From the NCBI GenBank assembly GCA_030390025.1, contig CM059432.1, forward strand, positions 5,394,001 through 5,458,000: 64,000 nucleotides of DNA, given 5' to 3'. The stretch is from Squalus acanthias (lineage: Eukaryota). The translations under genes were made by a program, and so were the position numbers. This document shows positions 36,515 to 49,559 of this stretch, in pieces. The number at the start of each line of letters is the position of its first letter. Positions within the stretch are counted from its first letter, which is position 1. Below the pieces are notes generated by a model that searched no databases, was not told the origin of the DNA, and saw nothing but the letters and a program-made list of their open reading frames with translations.

Positions 36515-37170
36515 AGTGAGGGTGATGGGAGGGAAGGAGGGAGTGAAGGAACGAGGGAGTGAAGGAATGAGGGTGGGAGGGAATGAGGGAGTGAATGAAG
36601 GAGGGAGTGAAGGAATGAGGGAATGAGAGTGAATGAATGAGGAAGGGAGGAAGGATGTGAGGGAGGGAGGGGCGGAGTAGGGAGGGAGGAAGTGAATGAG
36701 GGAGTGAGGGAGAGAGGATGGGCGTGAATGAGGGAATAAGGGTGGGAGGAAGGATGTGAGGGAGTGATGGATGGAGGGAATGAGGATGGGAGTGAGTGAG
36801 TGGGGGAGTAAATGAATGAGGGAATGAGAGAGTGAATGAATGAGGGAGGAAGGAAGGATGTGAGGGAATGAGGGAGGGAGGGAGTGAAGGAGAGAGGATG
36901 GGAGTGAGGGATGGAGGGAGTGGGAAGGGAGTGAGTGATGGAGTGGGGTGATGGAGGGAGTGAGTGATGGAGGGAGTGAGTGATGGAGTGAGTGATGGAG
37001 GGAGTGAGTGATGGACGGAGTGAGTGAAGAGGGGAGTGAGTGATGGAGGGAGTGAGTGATGGAGGGAGTGAGTGATGGAGGGAGGGAGTGAGTGATGGAG
37101 TGAGTGAAGAGGGGAGTGAGTGAGTGGAGGGAAGGAGAGAGGAGGGGACTGAGGGAGGGAGGGAGTGAGT
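36515..37170 (+). repeat. Purine-rich low-complexity tract including GAGGGAGTGAGTGATG repeats
   Basis: Almost only G/A/T on the + strand at the start of intron 1. Confidence 0.9.
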
Positions 37171-38526
37171 TGAATGCCAGGTGGAAGGGATAGCGTTGCT
37201 GTCTTTATGATGCTCTCTCAGCAAGCTCGGTGCTTTGTGGGGCCGGCCCAGCCTAATCCTGATAAACACCCAGATAAGGTGAAGCGATCTCAGGCGGTTG
37301 TGATGTTTATGACTGCAGTCTGTTGACCAAAAAAGCAGAAAGTAACTGCTTGTCTTCAGACCCAATGCTGTCTGTGGGCAGGGAGGGTTTCCCCGGTCAC
37401 CGTGAAAGGTCTTTCACTATTGGGGTAAATTGGGATTGTACATTTACACTTGCCCCTGGACAAGTACTTTCTTGCATTTCATTGCATTGGTGAAAATGCA
37501 GCATCTCGAAAGCCATTAATGGCCTTGGAAGGGTATTTCTGGAACTGTGTAACCTTCACACGGCTTTATATCCCGGAGTGTTATTAAGATAATACTTTAG
37601 ACTATACGCTCCTTCTAAGCTCCTGCTTGAGTCTCAGAATATCCTGCAATGTATTGCAATAGGTTGGATAAACACGACTGGATAAAAGGTGCAAAAATTG
37701 AATTCCTTGGAGTAGCAGTAGGGGGTAGAAAATGCTAATTTATTACCCGGCTGTTTCGCAATTTGTGCCCATCCTACTTCAAAGAATCCAACCAATTTTT
37801 CGTCGGGGAACCAACTTAATTAAAAAAAAAAATATTCTAAAAGATGTAGGTTAAAAAAAAGTGAAGCGTTGGAGTTCAATTTCCTGCGGTGTCCCCCAGG
37901 GGAGGGTCGAGTGATTATTTTGAACAGTATTTTTTTTTTAGCTCTGCATTGTTCTGCAGTAAATTCGTCCTGTTTGTAGATAAAAGCACAGGATTATTTT
38001 ATGTAGGCAGATGGGCTACATTTTCATTAATTGATGTGCTTTGAATTCTACATGATGACTGTCTCCCCACACTTTATCTGACACGCAATCAATCCCCAGT
38101 TATCCGTTTCTCAACCTACTGCCTCCAAAAAATATGATGAAATGTGCTGTAGGATTGCATGAGTCGCTGAAGCAGGGCAGGGGAATTCCCTCGGTCTGTA
38201 TCTCTTAGCGAAAAGTGCTTTATAATGAAAATGGTGTTCCAGCAAACATGACTACTGAGTCAGATAATTCATTGGTTTGTGGTTTACAGCAGACTGCAGC
38301 AGAAGCATTTTTTTTCCCCGCTGAATATGTTGACCAACACTAAATGCACAGGCGAGTTAAAATAATTGGTTTATTCATGAAATTGGAAAGAAAGCAGAAA
38401 GGCAAAGCAGAAATTCTTGCTGGTGTAAATGCTGATTCATGAAGAAATTGACACCAGCAATTTGGCTTATGAGTTACAGTTTGAAGTCACGGTTTTCTCA
38501 AGAATGAATCTCAAACTAATGCCGCA

Positions 38527-39820
38527 AGGATCAGGGCTGGGGCCTCAGCTATTTACAATCTACATCAATGACTTAGATGAAGGGCACCGAGTGCAATGCT
38601 GATGATACAAAGCTAGGTGGGAAAGTAAGATGAGAGGAGGACACAAAGAGGCTGCAAAGGGATTCAGTCAGGTTAAATGAGTGGGCAAGGAGGTGGCAGA
38701 TGCAGTATAATGTGGGCAAGTGTGAAATTATCCACTTTGGTAGGAAGACTAGAAAAGCAGAACTTTTTTTAAAAGGTGAGAGACTAGTAAATGTTGGAAT
38801 GCAGATGGACCTGGGAGTCCTTGTACACGAATCACAGAAAGTTAACATGCAGGTACAGCAAGCAATTAGGAAAGCAAATGGTATGTTCGCTATTGTTACA
38901 AAGGGATTAGAGTACAAGAGTAAAGAAGTCTTACTACAATTATACAGGGCATTGGTGAGGCCACACCTGGGGTACTGTGTACAGTTCTGGTCTCCTTACC
39001 TCAGGAAAGACATACTTGCCTTAGAGGGAGTGCAACAAAGGTTCACTAGACTGGTTCCTAGGATGAGGGGATTGCCCTATGAGGAGAGATTGAGTAGACT
39101 AGGCCCATATTCCTTAGAATTTAGAAGAATGCGAGGTGATCTAACTGAAACATATAAAATTCTTGAACAGCTTGACAGGGTTAATGCTGGAAAAATGTCT
39201 CCCTGGCTGGGGAATCTAGAACATGGGGTTACAGTCTCAGAATAAGGGATTGGCCATTTAGGACTGAGATGAGAAATTTCTTCACTCAAAGGGTTGTGAA
39301 TTTTGGAATTCTCTACCCCAGAAAGCTGTGGATGCTCAGTCGTTGAGTATATTCAAGACAGAGGTCGATAAATTTTTGGTAATTAAGGGAATTAAGGGAT
39401 ATAGGGATAGTGCGGGAAGGTGGAGTTGAGGTAGAAGATCAGCCATGATCTTGTTGAATGGCGGAGCAGGCTCGAGGGGCCGAATAGCCTACTCCAGCTC
39501 CTATTTCTTATGTTCTTAGATTGATCCCTGGGATGAGAGGGTTGTCCTATAAGGAGAGATTGAGTAGAATGGGCCTATACTCTCTGGAGTTTAGAAGAAT
39601 GAGAGGTGAGCTCAGTGAAACATTCAAGATTCTGAGAGGGATTGACAAGGTAGATGCTAAGAGGCTGTTTCCCCCTGGCTGGAGAGTCTAGAACTAGGGG
39701 GCACAGTCTCAGGATAAGGGGTCGGCCATTTAGGACTGAGATGAGGAGGAATTTCTTCACTCAGAGGGTGGTGAATCGAGGGGCCATGTGGCCTACTCCT
39801 GCTCCTATTTCTGATGTTCT
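38527..39820 (+). mobile_element. Two tandem 5'-truncated CR1 copies (38527-39518, 39519-39820)
   Basis: QGSGLGPQLFTIYINDLD, ADDTKLGG, RPHLGYCVQFWSP; two CR1 tails. Confidence 0.92.
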
Positions 39821-39977
39821 TATATATAATCAGATTTCTCAGAGCATTTAGGTCAAACGTGTTTAATAAGCATTTCTGATGCAGTACCAAAGTGTGTTAT
39901 TTACAATGTCTTGATATTTTTGCACATAAGTAACTAATTTACAGAAACTTCAAAATCTACCATTCTTACTTACTGAA

Positions 39978-40492
39978 CAACAACTACTTGTATTTATATA
40001 GCACCTTTAATGTAGTGAAACGTCCCAGGGCGCTTCACAGGAGCGATTATCAAACAAAATTTGACACTGAGCCACATAAGGAGATATTAGGGCACATGAC
40101 CAAAAACTTGGTCAAAGAGGTAGGTTTTAAGGAGCGTCTTAAAGGAGGAAAGAGAGGGAGAGGTGGAGAGGTTTAGGGAGGGAATTCCAGAGCTTGGGGC
40201 CCAGGCAGCTGAAGGCACGGCCGCCAATGGTGGAGCGATGAAATCGGGGGATGCGCAAGAGGGCAGAATTCGAGGAGCACAGAGATCTCGGAGGGTTGTA
40301 AGGCTGGAGGTGTTTACAGAGATAGGGAGGGGGGGCGAGGCGATTGAGGGATTTGAAAACGAGGATGAGAATTTCAAAATCGCGGTGTTGCCGGAGCGGA
40401 AGCCAGTGTGGGTCAGCGAGCGACAGGGGGGTGATGGGTGAACGGGACTTGGTGTGAGTTAGGACACGGGGGCAGCAGAGTTTTGGATGAGC
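39978..40492 (-). mobile_element. L2 LINE 3' fragment
   Basis: (CAA)n tail and KTLLKTYLFDQVF. Confidence 0.85.
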
Positions 40493-40560
40493 ACAGAACC
40501 ATATTGGTCAACCAATGGAGGCTGTTTAGTCAGCGTATTTCAAATGTAAAAGATGAGCGT

Positions 40561-40920
40561 AGAAAAATGCTGCAAACACACAGTAGGTTAGTCAACATCT
40601 GTGGAGAGAATGGATAAGTTTACCTTTTGGGTGCAGACCCTTCTCCAGACTGAGTTCTGCCCCCGAAATGTAAACTTGTCTTATGATGTATTTACAGCAC
40701 AGAAACAGGCCATTCAGGCCCGACAGCTCCATGCCAGTGTTTACGCTCCACACGAGCTTCATCTCACCCCATCGACATATCCCTCTATTCCTTTCTCCCT
40801 CATGTGTTTATCTAGTTCCCCCCCCTTTTGTCTGTTCCCTTCACAGATGCGGTCTGTGTGTTTCCAGCACATTCAGTACTGGTTTCAGATTCCCCCAGCA
40901 TCCGCAGTATTTTTGCTCTT
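40561..40920. mobile_element. Inverted pair of Penelope-like termini split by a small CR1 tail
   Basis: Minus-oriented terminus 40561-40655 with a decayed hammerhead (CTGGAGA-A-GGGTctgcACCC-AAAA); plus-oriented remainder 40655-40680 and 40830-40920. Confidence 0.55.
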
Positions 40921-41065
40921 TTACTTGTGAAAACAAAAACAAATGCCTTTTTTTTTGGTTGTGCGAAGAAAATTAAATAGCAAAGCGTTCGATCAAGCTT
41001 TTGCTCCTGCACTGGTAATTTAGGACAGTTTGGTGCCGGGGGGTGGGGGGAGGGGGTCAACATAT

Positions 41066-41372
41066 GGGGGCATAATTTCAGAATAAGGGGGCACCCATTT
41101 AAAACGGAAATGAGGAGGAATTTCTTCTCTCAGAGGGTCGTGAATCTTTGGAATTCGCTTCCCCAGAGAGCTGTGGAGGCTGGATCATTGAATATATTTA
41201 AGGTGGAGAGAGACAGATTTTTGAACGGTAAGGGAGTCAAGGGTTCTGGGGAGCGGGCAGGGGAGTGGAGTTGAGGCCAAGATCAGATCAGCCATGAGCT
41301 TATTGAACGGCAGAGCAGGCTCGAGGGGCCGAATGACCTACTCCTGCTCCTATGTCTTATTATGTTCTTATG
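41066..41372 (+). mobile_element. CR1 3' fragment
   Basis: GHNFRIRG...RRNFFSQRVVNLWNSLP and CR1 tail. Confidence 0.88.
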
Positions 41373-42127
41373 TAAATGATTGGCAGGTCTTCAAATGTCG
41401 GAAAAACTGCAACTCGAGCTGCGGTTGTGTTGGAAATGCAAGTAGCTAGAATTCGATCTGTTGGGAAGATTATATTCATTACCTGGTATCCATTACATCA
41501 AAGGGCTTCGTATATTCAGACTGATGCGCTGGCGATGAAGGTAGCTGTCCAGCAATTCAGCAAAGGTGTTAGAGAGTTAAGTTTGCCCCGTACCGTATAA
41601 GTAGTAATTTATATCCAACCTGATACGCACCAGAGTGCATGAGTCACGTGGAAAGATAATCAGGGAAACTGAAACGCTATCACCATTAAATTTTCAGCAG
41701 CCCCTTTAAGCCTTGGCAAGATAATTGATACACATGAATGAGGCAATAAAATAGTCATATTTTGATTGAAGCCATATCTTCTCAAGTCCTGAATTCGCAA
41801 AGGGCTGATTCTTCCTTTGAAATGCCGTCCCCCATAAGCATTCGTGAATTGTATTTTTGCTGTATTTTGGTGGTGTTTTTTTTTTGCACTTGCAAGCTAT
41901 TTTTTAAGAGGAGCTGCAGACTAATGATTTGGCAAGTTTCCCTTATTTTCAGCCTGGCCCCCCTTGCAAAAAATAACTGCATCCTATTAAATTGAATTCA
42001 TGTCGCAGTGGATCGTTTTTTGATATTTTTGCAATAGATTTTGGGTCTCATCTTTCTACCCTTTAAATGTTTATGCTTGATGGTTTCTAACTTGGGAGAT
42101 TTCTCTCCTGCATCGGTACTTTACTCT

Positions 42128-43487
42128 CATAGAATCGTAGAAATTCTATGGTGCAGAAGGAGGCCATTCGGCCCATCGTGTCTGTGCCGGCCAACAAAGA
42201 GCTATCCAGCCTAATCCCACTTTCCAGCTCTTGGTCCGTAGCCCTGCAGGTTACAGCACTTCAAGTGCATATCCAAGTACATTTTAAATGCGATAAGGGT
42301 CTCTGCCTCTACCACCCTTTCAGGCAGTGAGTCCCAGACCCCCAACACCCTCATTGTTGTCAGAAGCCTTTCCCATTCCTTCGCCGTTTCTAGACGCAAC
42401 ATCTAGGAACATAGGAACAGGAGGAGGCCATTCAGCCCCTCGAGCCTGTTCCGCCATTCAAAGAGATCGCGGCTGATTTATATCTTACTCACCTTGGTTC
42501 CATATCCCTTAATACCCCTTGCCTAACAAAAATCTATCCATCTCAGTCTTTAAATTTTCGATTGACCCCCCAGCCTCAACAGCATTTAGGGGCAGAGATT
42601 CCAGATTTCCACGACCCTTTGTGTGAAGAAGTGCTTCCTGACATCACCCCTGAACGGCCTGGCTCTAATTTTAAGGTTACGCCCCCTTGTTCTGGACTCC
42701 CCCCCCACCCCCCCACCCCCACCCCCCACCAGAGGAAATAGTTTCTTTCTATCTATCCTATCAACTCCTTTAATCATCTTAAACACCTCGATTAGATCAC
42801 TCCTTAATCTTGTATACTCGAGGGAATACGAGCCTAGTCTACGCAACCTGTCCTCATAATTTAACCCTTTTAGCCCCGGGTATCATTCTGGTGAATCTGC
42901 GCTGCTCCCTCTCCAAGGCCAATATATCCTTCCTGACGTGCGGTGCCCAGAACTGAACAGAGTACTCCAGATGGGGTCTGATCAGCGCTTTATACAACTG
43001 AAGCATAACTTCCACCCCTTTATATTCTCCAACGCCTTCCTTGCCAGCCTCCTGTCCTGTACCCTTCATAAGCCCTAAAACCTATCGCTTGTATCCTGAC
43101 CCATGCTAAGTCCTGCTCACCATCACCCCATCCATATTTGATTGAGGTTTTTAGGATTTTGACAGGAATTGATAGGGTAGATAGAGGGAAACAGTTTCCA
43201 CTGGTGGGGGAGTCTAGGACAAAGGAGCCTGGCCATTCAGGAGAGACGTTAGGAAACACTTCTTCACGCAAACAGTGGTAGAAGTGTGGAACTCCCGCAA
43301 AAAGCAGTAGATGCTAGCTCAATTCATAATTTTAAATCTGAGACCCATAGATCTTTGCTAGACAAGGATATTAAGAGATATGGAACCAAGGCGGGTGGAT
43401 GGAATTAAGATACAGATCAGCCATGACCTCATTGAATGGCGGAACAGGCTCGAGGGGCTGAATGGCCTACTCCTGTTCTTATGTTCC
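42128..43487. mobile_element. CR1 3' fragments: minus 42128-42352, minus 42405-43030, plus 43137-43487
   Basis: ORF2 C-terminal peptides and tails; the last two share a tail type and are inverted. Confidence 0.85.
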
Positions 43488-43767
43488 ATCCTTCCTAATC
43501 CAGCTCCAGCTCTGCATCTCCAGCCCTTTGTTCCTCCCCGTGTGACTCTGTTCTTGTGACTCTGTCCCTCCCACTGCTACAGCTTTGGTGGCAGATCCCA
43601 GCCCTACTCTTTGGAGCTCGCTCTGCAAACATCTTCGCCTCTGCATTTGCCTCCCCTTCTCCAAGAGCCTACTGTAAGCACAAACTCTTTGCTCAAGCTT
43701 ATGGCCTCCTCTTCTAACCCGTGTGAACGCTGGGATTCTACTCTTGTTCTCCTCTCTTGGGATGTTT

Positions 43768-44116
43768 TTCAACAACAACAACAACGTGTATTTATATAGC
43801 GCCTTTAACATAGTAAAACGTCCCAGGGCGCTTCACAGGAGCGATTATAAAACAGAAATTTGACACCGAGCCACATAAGGAGATAGGTGACCAAAAGCTT
43901 GGTCAAAGAGGAAGGTTTTAAGGAGCATCTTAAAGGAAGAGAGAGAGGTAGCGAGGCGGAGAGGTTTAGGGAGGGAATTCCAGAGCTTAGGGCCTAGGCA
44001 GCTGAAGGCACGGCCGCCAATGGTGGAGCGATTAAAATCAGGGATGCGCAAAAGGCCGGAATTGGAGGAGCGCAGAGATCTCGGAGGGTGGTAGGGCTGG
44101 AGGAGGTTACAGAGAT
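43768..44116 (-). mobile_element. L2 LINE 3' fragment
   Basis: (CAA)n tail; GGRAFSCLGPKLWNSLP. Confidence 0.87.
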
Positions 44117-44714
44117 GCGTTAACGGCACTATATAAAAGTGAGTTGATGTTGCTGGTGAACTCAAAGGGATGTGCGACGGTATTGTGGGGAAGGTTTGCA
44201 CTACTTTGCTTTAGTATGTGCAAAGATCCAGCTGGGACCTGACTTTTGGGTCATACCGCCACTTGCATCAGTGCACACAGCTTTACATTATCAACGTGAC
44301 AGCGTAATTGCACCCTTAGTTAATTGCATTTAATTAATTTTGTATTTAACTTCAATAGAGAAGAGAACTGTATCCTCTCTAAGATGGGTGTGAAAGGTTG
44401 TGAACACTGTTACATCTACCCATGTGTCGGTGTACAATTAATACAATAGAAAAGACCAAATTGGTCAGATTTGAAAGTCTGGCTCTATATGTCTGGCACA
44501 TTTTAGTAAATACTATATTGTACCATAGTCCACGTGATATCTGGGGGAGTATGTAATTATTGCATCATTTTGTTCCCTCAATTTAAATTCCTGATTCTAA
44601 GGTACGACATAAGAATCTGGATAGACGCATTCTGGCTTTGACAGACACCCGTGTGACATCAATTCACATTTGCATTAAGATCCTTAAAAGATATGTGCTA
44701 TAAATAAAGAACAG

Positions 44715-45035
44715 AAGTCTTGCCTTTATATCGCACCCTTCATGACCTCAGGCCATCCCAAAGCACTTTACATCCAATTAAATGCCTTTGAAGTGTCGTC
44801 GCTGTTGTAATGTGGGAAACGCGGCAGCCAATTCGCGCATAGCAAGATCCCACAAACAGCAATGTGATAATGACCAGATAATCTGTTTTTAGTGATGTTG
44901 ATTGAGGGATAAATATTGACCAGGACACCGGGGAGAACTCCCCTGCTCCTCTTCGAAATAGTGGCCCTGGGATCTTTAACGTCCACCTGAGAGAGCAGAC
45001 GGGGCCTCGGTTTAACCTCTCATCCGAAAGACGTT
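44715..45035 (-). mobile_element. Deu-domain SINE, 3' two-thirds
   Basis: Core and tail in reverse orientation. Confidence 0.85.
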
Positions 45036-45522
45036 AAACCTTGTGCGACTAGCTAGATCATTTCCATTGTTAAGTTTAAGGTGACAAATTTTAAGTAAAA
45101 TTAAGTAACAATTTTCAATTTCAATCTATGATTTGTTCCCTTGGGAGAGTAAGTATGGCAATAATTGTTATCACGATAGCTGCACAATTCTCGTGAAGAG
45201 GACTAATTTTGCAGGGCTATGGGGAAAAAGCTGGGGTGTGAGACTAATTGGAGAGCTCTTTTCAAAGAGCCGGCACAGGCATGACAGGCCGAATGGCCTC
45301 CTTCTGTGCTGTAAGATTCTACCTCACTGCATCTTTTATTTATTTTGGTGAATCATAGTGAAGGATGCTAGTGTTGTGCAATAGAACATTTTCCCCTTTT
45401 TTTTGCGCCCATCAAGTGATCCCAGGGCAGGGCCAGCAACATCATAGGTAAAATAAATCTCCCTCTACCCTGATCCAACAGTGTATCTCCAACCTCAGAA
45501 TAATATCCCACTTCCTGCTTAG

Positions 45523-45937
45523 TGTCAGCTGTGGCTCAGTGGGCAGCACCCTCACCTCTGAGTCAGAAGGTTGTGGGTTCAAGTCTCGCTCCAGGGACTT
45601 GAGCACAAAAACCTAGGCTGACACTCCAGTGCAGTACTGAGGGAGTGCTGCACTGTCGGAGGTGCCGTCTTTCGGATGAGAAGATAAACAGAGGCCCTGT
45701 CTGCTCTCTCAGGTGGATGTCCTTGGCCAATATTTAGCTCTCAATCAACATCACTAAAACAGATTATCTGGTCATTATCACATTGCTTTTGTGGGAGCTT
45801 GCTGTGCGCAAATTGGCTGCTGTGTTTCCTACATCACAACAGTGACTACACTCCAAAAGTGCTTCATTGGCTGTAAAGTGCTTTGGGACGTCCGGTGGTC
45901 GTGAAAGGCGCTATAGAAATGCAAGTCTTTCTTCTTT
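45523..45937 (+). mobile_element. Deu-domain SINE
   Basis: A/B boxes, core with a short deletion, tail. Confidence 0.88.
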
Positions 45938-46194
45938 CCACAAGCATAAATTTCTTTACATTTCCCATCTCACTTCCTCTCATGGCCTCTCGAAGTGAGA
46001 CAGCAACTTATACATTGCATTTAAAGTAGCAACACTTCCCAAGGTGCTACACTGGGTGGAGGGGAGACTGAGCAAGAATTGGGAGGAAACAAATGAGACA
46101 AGACCAAAGGCCGAGGTTGTGAGGAAACATTTGACAGAGGGGAGAAATGTAAGAAGGGTTTGGGAAGACAAAACCAGAGAGCAGAGCCAGGATG

Positions 46195-46867
46195 AACATA
46201 AGAACATAAGAAATAGGAGCAGGAGTCGGCCATTTGGCCCTTCGAGCCATTCAATAAGATCATGGCTGACCTTCTACCTCATCTCCACTTTCCTGCACTA
46301 TCCCCATATCCCTTGATTCCCTTAATATCCAAAAATCTATCGATCTCTGTCTTGAATATACTCAACGACTGAGCCTCCACAGCCCTCTGGGGTAGAGAAT
46401 TCCAAAGATTCACCACCCTCTGAGTGAAGAAATTTCTCCTCGTCTCAGTCCTAAATGGCCGACCCCTTATTCTGAGACTGTGACCCCTGGTTCTAGACTC
46501 CCCAGCAAGGGGAAACATCCTCCCTGCATCTACCCTGTCAAGCCCTGTAAGAATTTTGTATGTTTCAATGAGATCACCTCTCATTCTTCTAAACTCTAGA
46601 GAATATAGGCCTAGTCTACGCAATCTGTCCTCATAGGACAATCCCCCCATCCCAGGAACCAGTCTAGTGAACCTTCGTTGCACTCCCTCTATGGCAAGTA
46701 TATCCTTCCTTAGGTAAGGAGACCAAAACTGTACACAATACTCGAGGTGTGGTCACACCAGGGCCCTATATAATTGCAGTAAGACGTCTTTACTCTTATA
46801 CTCAAATCCTCTTGTAATAAAGGCCAACATACCATTTGCTTTCCTAATTGCTTGCTGTACCTGTATG
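46195..46867 (-). mobile_element. CR1 3' fragment
   Basis: QRRFTRLVPGM...RRNFFTQRVVNLWNSLP. Confidence 0.92.
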
Positions 46868-47295
46868 GTAGAAAGCTGTGCTACTGATGGTGGATGGAGG
46901 GGGAGCAGGGGGAACACATGGCAGTGCAGATCCAGAAGAGCTGGAGGAGGCTATCGAGATATGACATGAAGAAATGTCCAAACCAGCACAAGAATTTTGA
47001 GTCTGCAAGGTTAGGGGTGATGGTTGAGCAGGACTTAGTATGGGATTGGATGTTGGTCATGGAGTTCCGGATAAGCTGGAGTTTGTGTTAGGGAGGACTT
47101 GGGAGGCCAATATGGAGAGTGTTGATGAGAGAGCCTTTGATATCTTTGTTGGACAGATCTTTCAAAGAGCCGGCACAGGGACAATGGGCCAAACGGCCTC
47201 CTTCTGTGCTGTATCATTCTATAAGCCTGGAGGTAATGAGGGCATGGATGAGGGTTTCAGTGACCGTGGGGGTGACGTAGAAGTAGAGACACAAA

Positions 47296-48084
47296 GGGCT
47301 GGATTTTGTCTTGGGGTCGGGTTGGGGTCGTGTCATCCGCATTTCGTGGTTCCCCCCCGACTCCAGATTAATGTGGATGAATGATGCAATTTTCACTTAA
47401 TTGGGCAATTGAGTTCCAGCATGTGGGAACCCATGAACTAATTAGTGTTTTCAGTCTGAAAGTCGCCTCTGATGATGTCATCATTGCTGACTGCCGAGTC
47501 TCAGAGACTGTTGGTGAGAGAGGACCTGCGTGGCTTGCTTTTGATGTGTGTGGACCTGGATGCAAAAATGGGGGGGGGTTAAGAGAGAGAGAGAATGAGA
47601 ATTTTTTTGCATCCAAGTCCTCTCACAGCAAAGGCCAGGCAGTCTCTGAAGACATTCAATGCAGCAGCATCAGAGGCGACTTTCAGACCTAATACTACTA
47701 CTACCTTCATCACAATACTACTACTACCTTCATCACATCTCCGTTGTAATAGTGGACCTGCAGCTCATAGTCAGCTATCCACTTGTGCTCCCGCCAGGTT
47801 TCACTGGAGTGTTTCACACCAGGCGTACTTCACGTCAGAAAAGGGTTAAACTAGCTAAAACGTTTCAAAATGGCATTACAGAGCCAATTTAGGGCTTGTT
47901 AAGGGCTTTAATGGCCTCTCCCGCCTCTTGGAGGCGGGACGGAGTCGGGAACCCCGCGACTGATTTTGTCAAAATTGCGTGGAGGCGGGATGGAGTCGGG
48001 ATGGGGTCGGGACCCCCGACCCCGCAAATTTAACCCCCCACACGCCTCCAAACCCGACTCCATGGGTCATTCAAAATCCAGCCC
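47296..48084. mobile_element. Non-autonomous Harbinger-type TIR element
   Basis: Perfect 13-bp TIRs GGGCTGGATTTTG / CAAAATCCAGCCC; flanks AAA/ATA. It sits next to an old L2 remnant (ETLIHALITSRL at ~47225-47260). Confidence 0.75.
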
Positions 48085-48301
48085 ATAATGTTTTGGAGGT
48101 GGAAATAGGCGTCTTGCTGATGGACTTGAGTTTGAAGCTCTTACTCACAGATGAACAGGACACCAAGGTTGTGAACTGTTCGGTTTAGTCTTGAGCGAGC
48201 AGCTGGGGAGGGGGGCTGATGAGTTTTGAGAACTGAACACAATCTTACCACCACTTACTGAGTTGGAATACGTTCTGGCTTGTCTCTGATTTGAGTTTGT
48301 C

Positions 48302-49077
48302 AGTGAGTTCCAGACCCCCACCACCCTCTGGGTGAAAAAAGTTCTCCTCAACTCCCCTTTAATCCTTCTACCAATTACTTTAAATCTATGCCCCCTGGTT
48401 ATTGACCCTTCTGCTAAGGGAAATAGGTCCTTCCTATCCACTCTATCTAGGCCCCTCATCATTTTATACACCTCAATCAGGTCTCCCCTCAGCCTCCTCT
48501 GCTCCAAAGTCAACAACCCTAGCCTATCCAATCTTTCCTCATAGCTAAAATTCTCCACTCCTGGCAACATTCTCGTAAATCTCCTCTGCACCCTCTCTAG
48601 TGCAGTCACATCTTTCCTGTAATATGGTGACCAGAACTGCGCGCAGTATTCTAGCTGCGGCCTAACTAGTGTTTTATACAGTTCAAGCATAACCTCCCTG
48701 CTCTTATATTCTATACCTCGGCTAATAAAGGCAAGTGTCCCATATGCCTTCTTAACCACCTTATCTACATGTCCTGCTACCTTCAGGGATCGGTGGACAT
48801 GCACTCCAAGGTCCCTCTGATCCTCTGCACTTCTCAGTGTCCTACCATTTATTGTGTATTCCTTTGCCTTGTTAGCCCTCCCCAAATGCATTACCTCACA
48901 CTTCTCCGGATTGAATTCCATTTGCCACTTTTCTTCCCACATGACCAGTCCGGTGATATCTTCCTGCAGTCTGCAGCTTTCTTCTTCATTATCAACCACA
49001 CGGCCAATTTTTGTATCATCTGCAAATTTCTTAATCATGCTTCCTACTTTGAGGTCTAAATCATTGATATATACCAC
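48302..49077 (-). mobile_element. CR1 RT fragment
   Basis: VYINDLD...KFADDTKIG...RPQLEYCAQFWSP...FFTQRVVGVWNSL. Confidence 0.93.
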
Positions 49078-49559
49078 AAAAGACAGTTGGACAGCACAGC
49101 AATAGTTCTGGAGTCAGGTGCAGTGAATTGAGAATTAGAACTTTGGTGTTGTCATGGGACATACGCATAAAATTTGATCCCTTGCTCCCACATAACATCG
49201 GCAAGGGGCAGCATACACACCAGCAGTGTGCGAGGGGGTTGAGGACGGGATCTTGGGGCAACTCGCCGTTGGTTGTGGGGTCATAGGAGGAGAATCCATT
49301 GCAGGAGATTGTGTTGGGAATAATGGGAGAGGTGGAATTGGAGAAGTGGAAAGGTAAGTGCTGCGGAGGTGAGGCGATGTAGCCGGATTGAATGTTGTGG
49401 CGAGGTTGGCGTGCCAAATTCTGAACATGTGCATACTGTGAACAGACGCTCGGTAAGAACTGGACTGAGTTTGATAAAACTTACTTTGCGTCGAACTTTT
49501 ACACGTAGCAGGGAGAAGAAATCTGTTCCCATCAATCTGGCTGAATTTGAATCAACGAA

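Noticed and set aside
36403..37365. 320-aa minus-strand ORF overlapping exon 1
   Set aside because: It is the translation of the pyrimidine strand of the low-complexity tract; the real coding frame is the + strand LAPTM4B exon.
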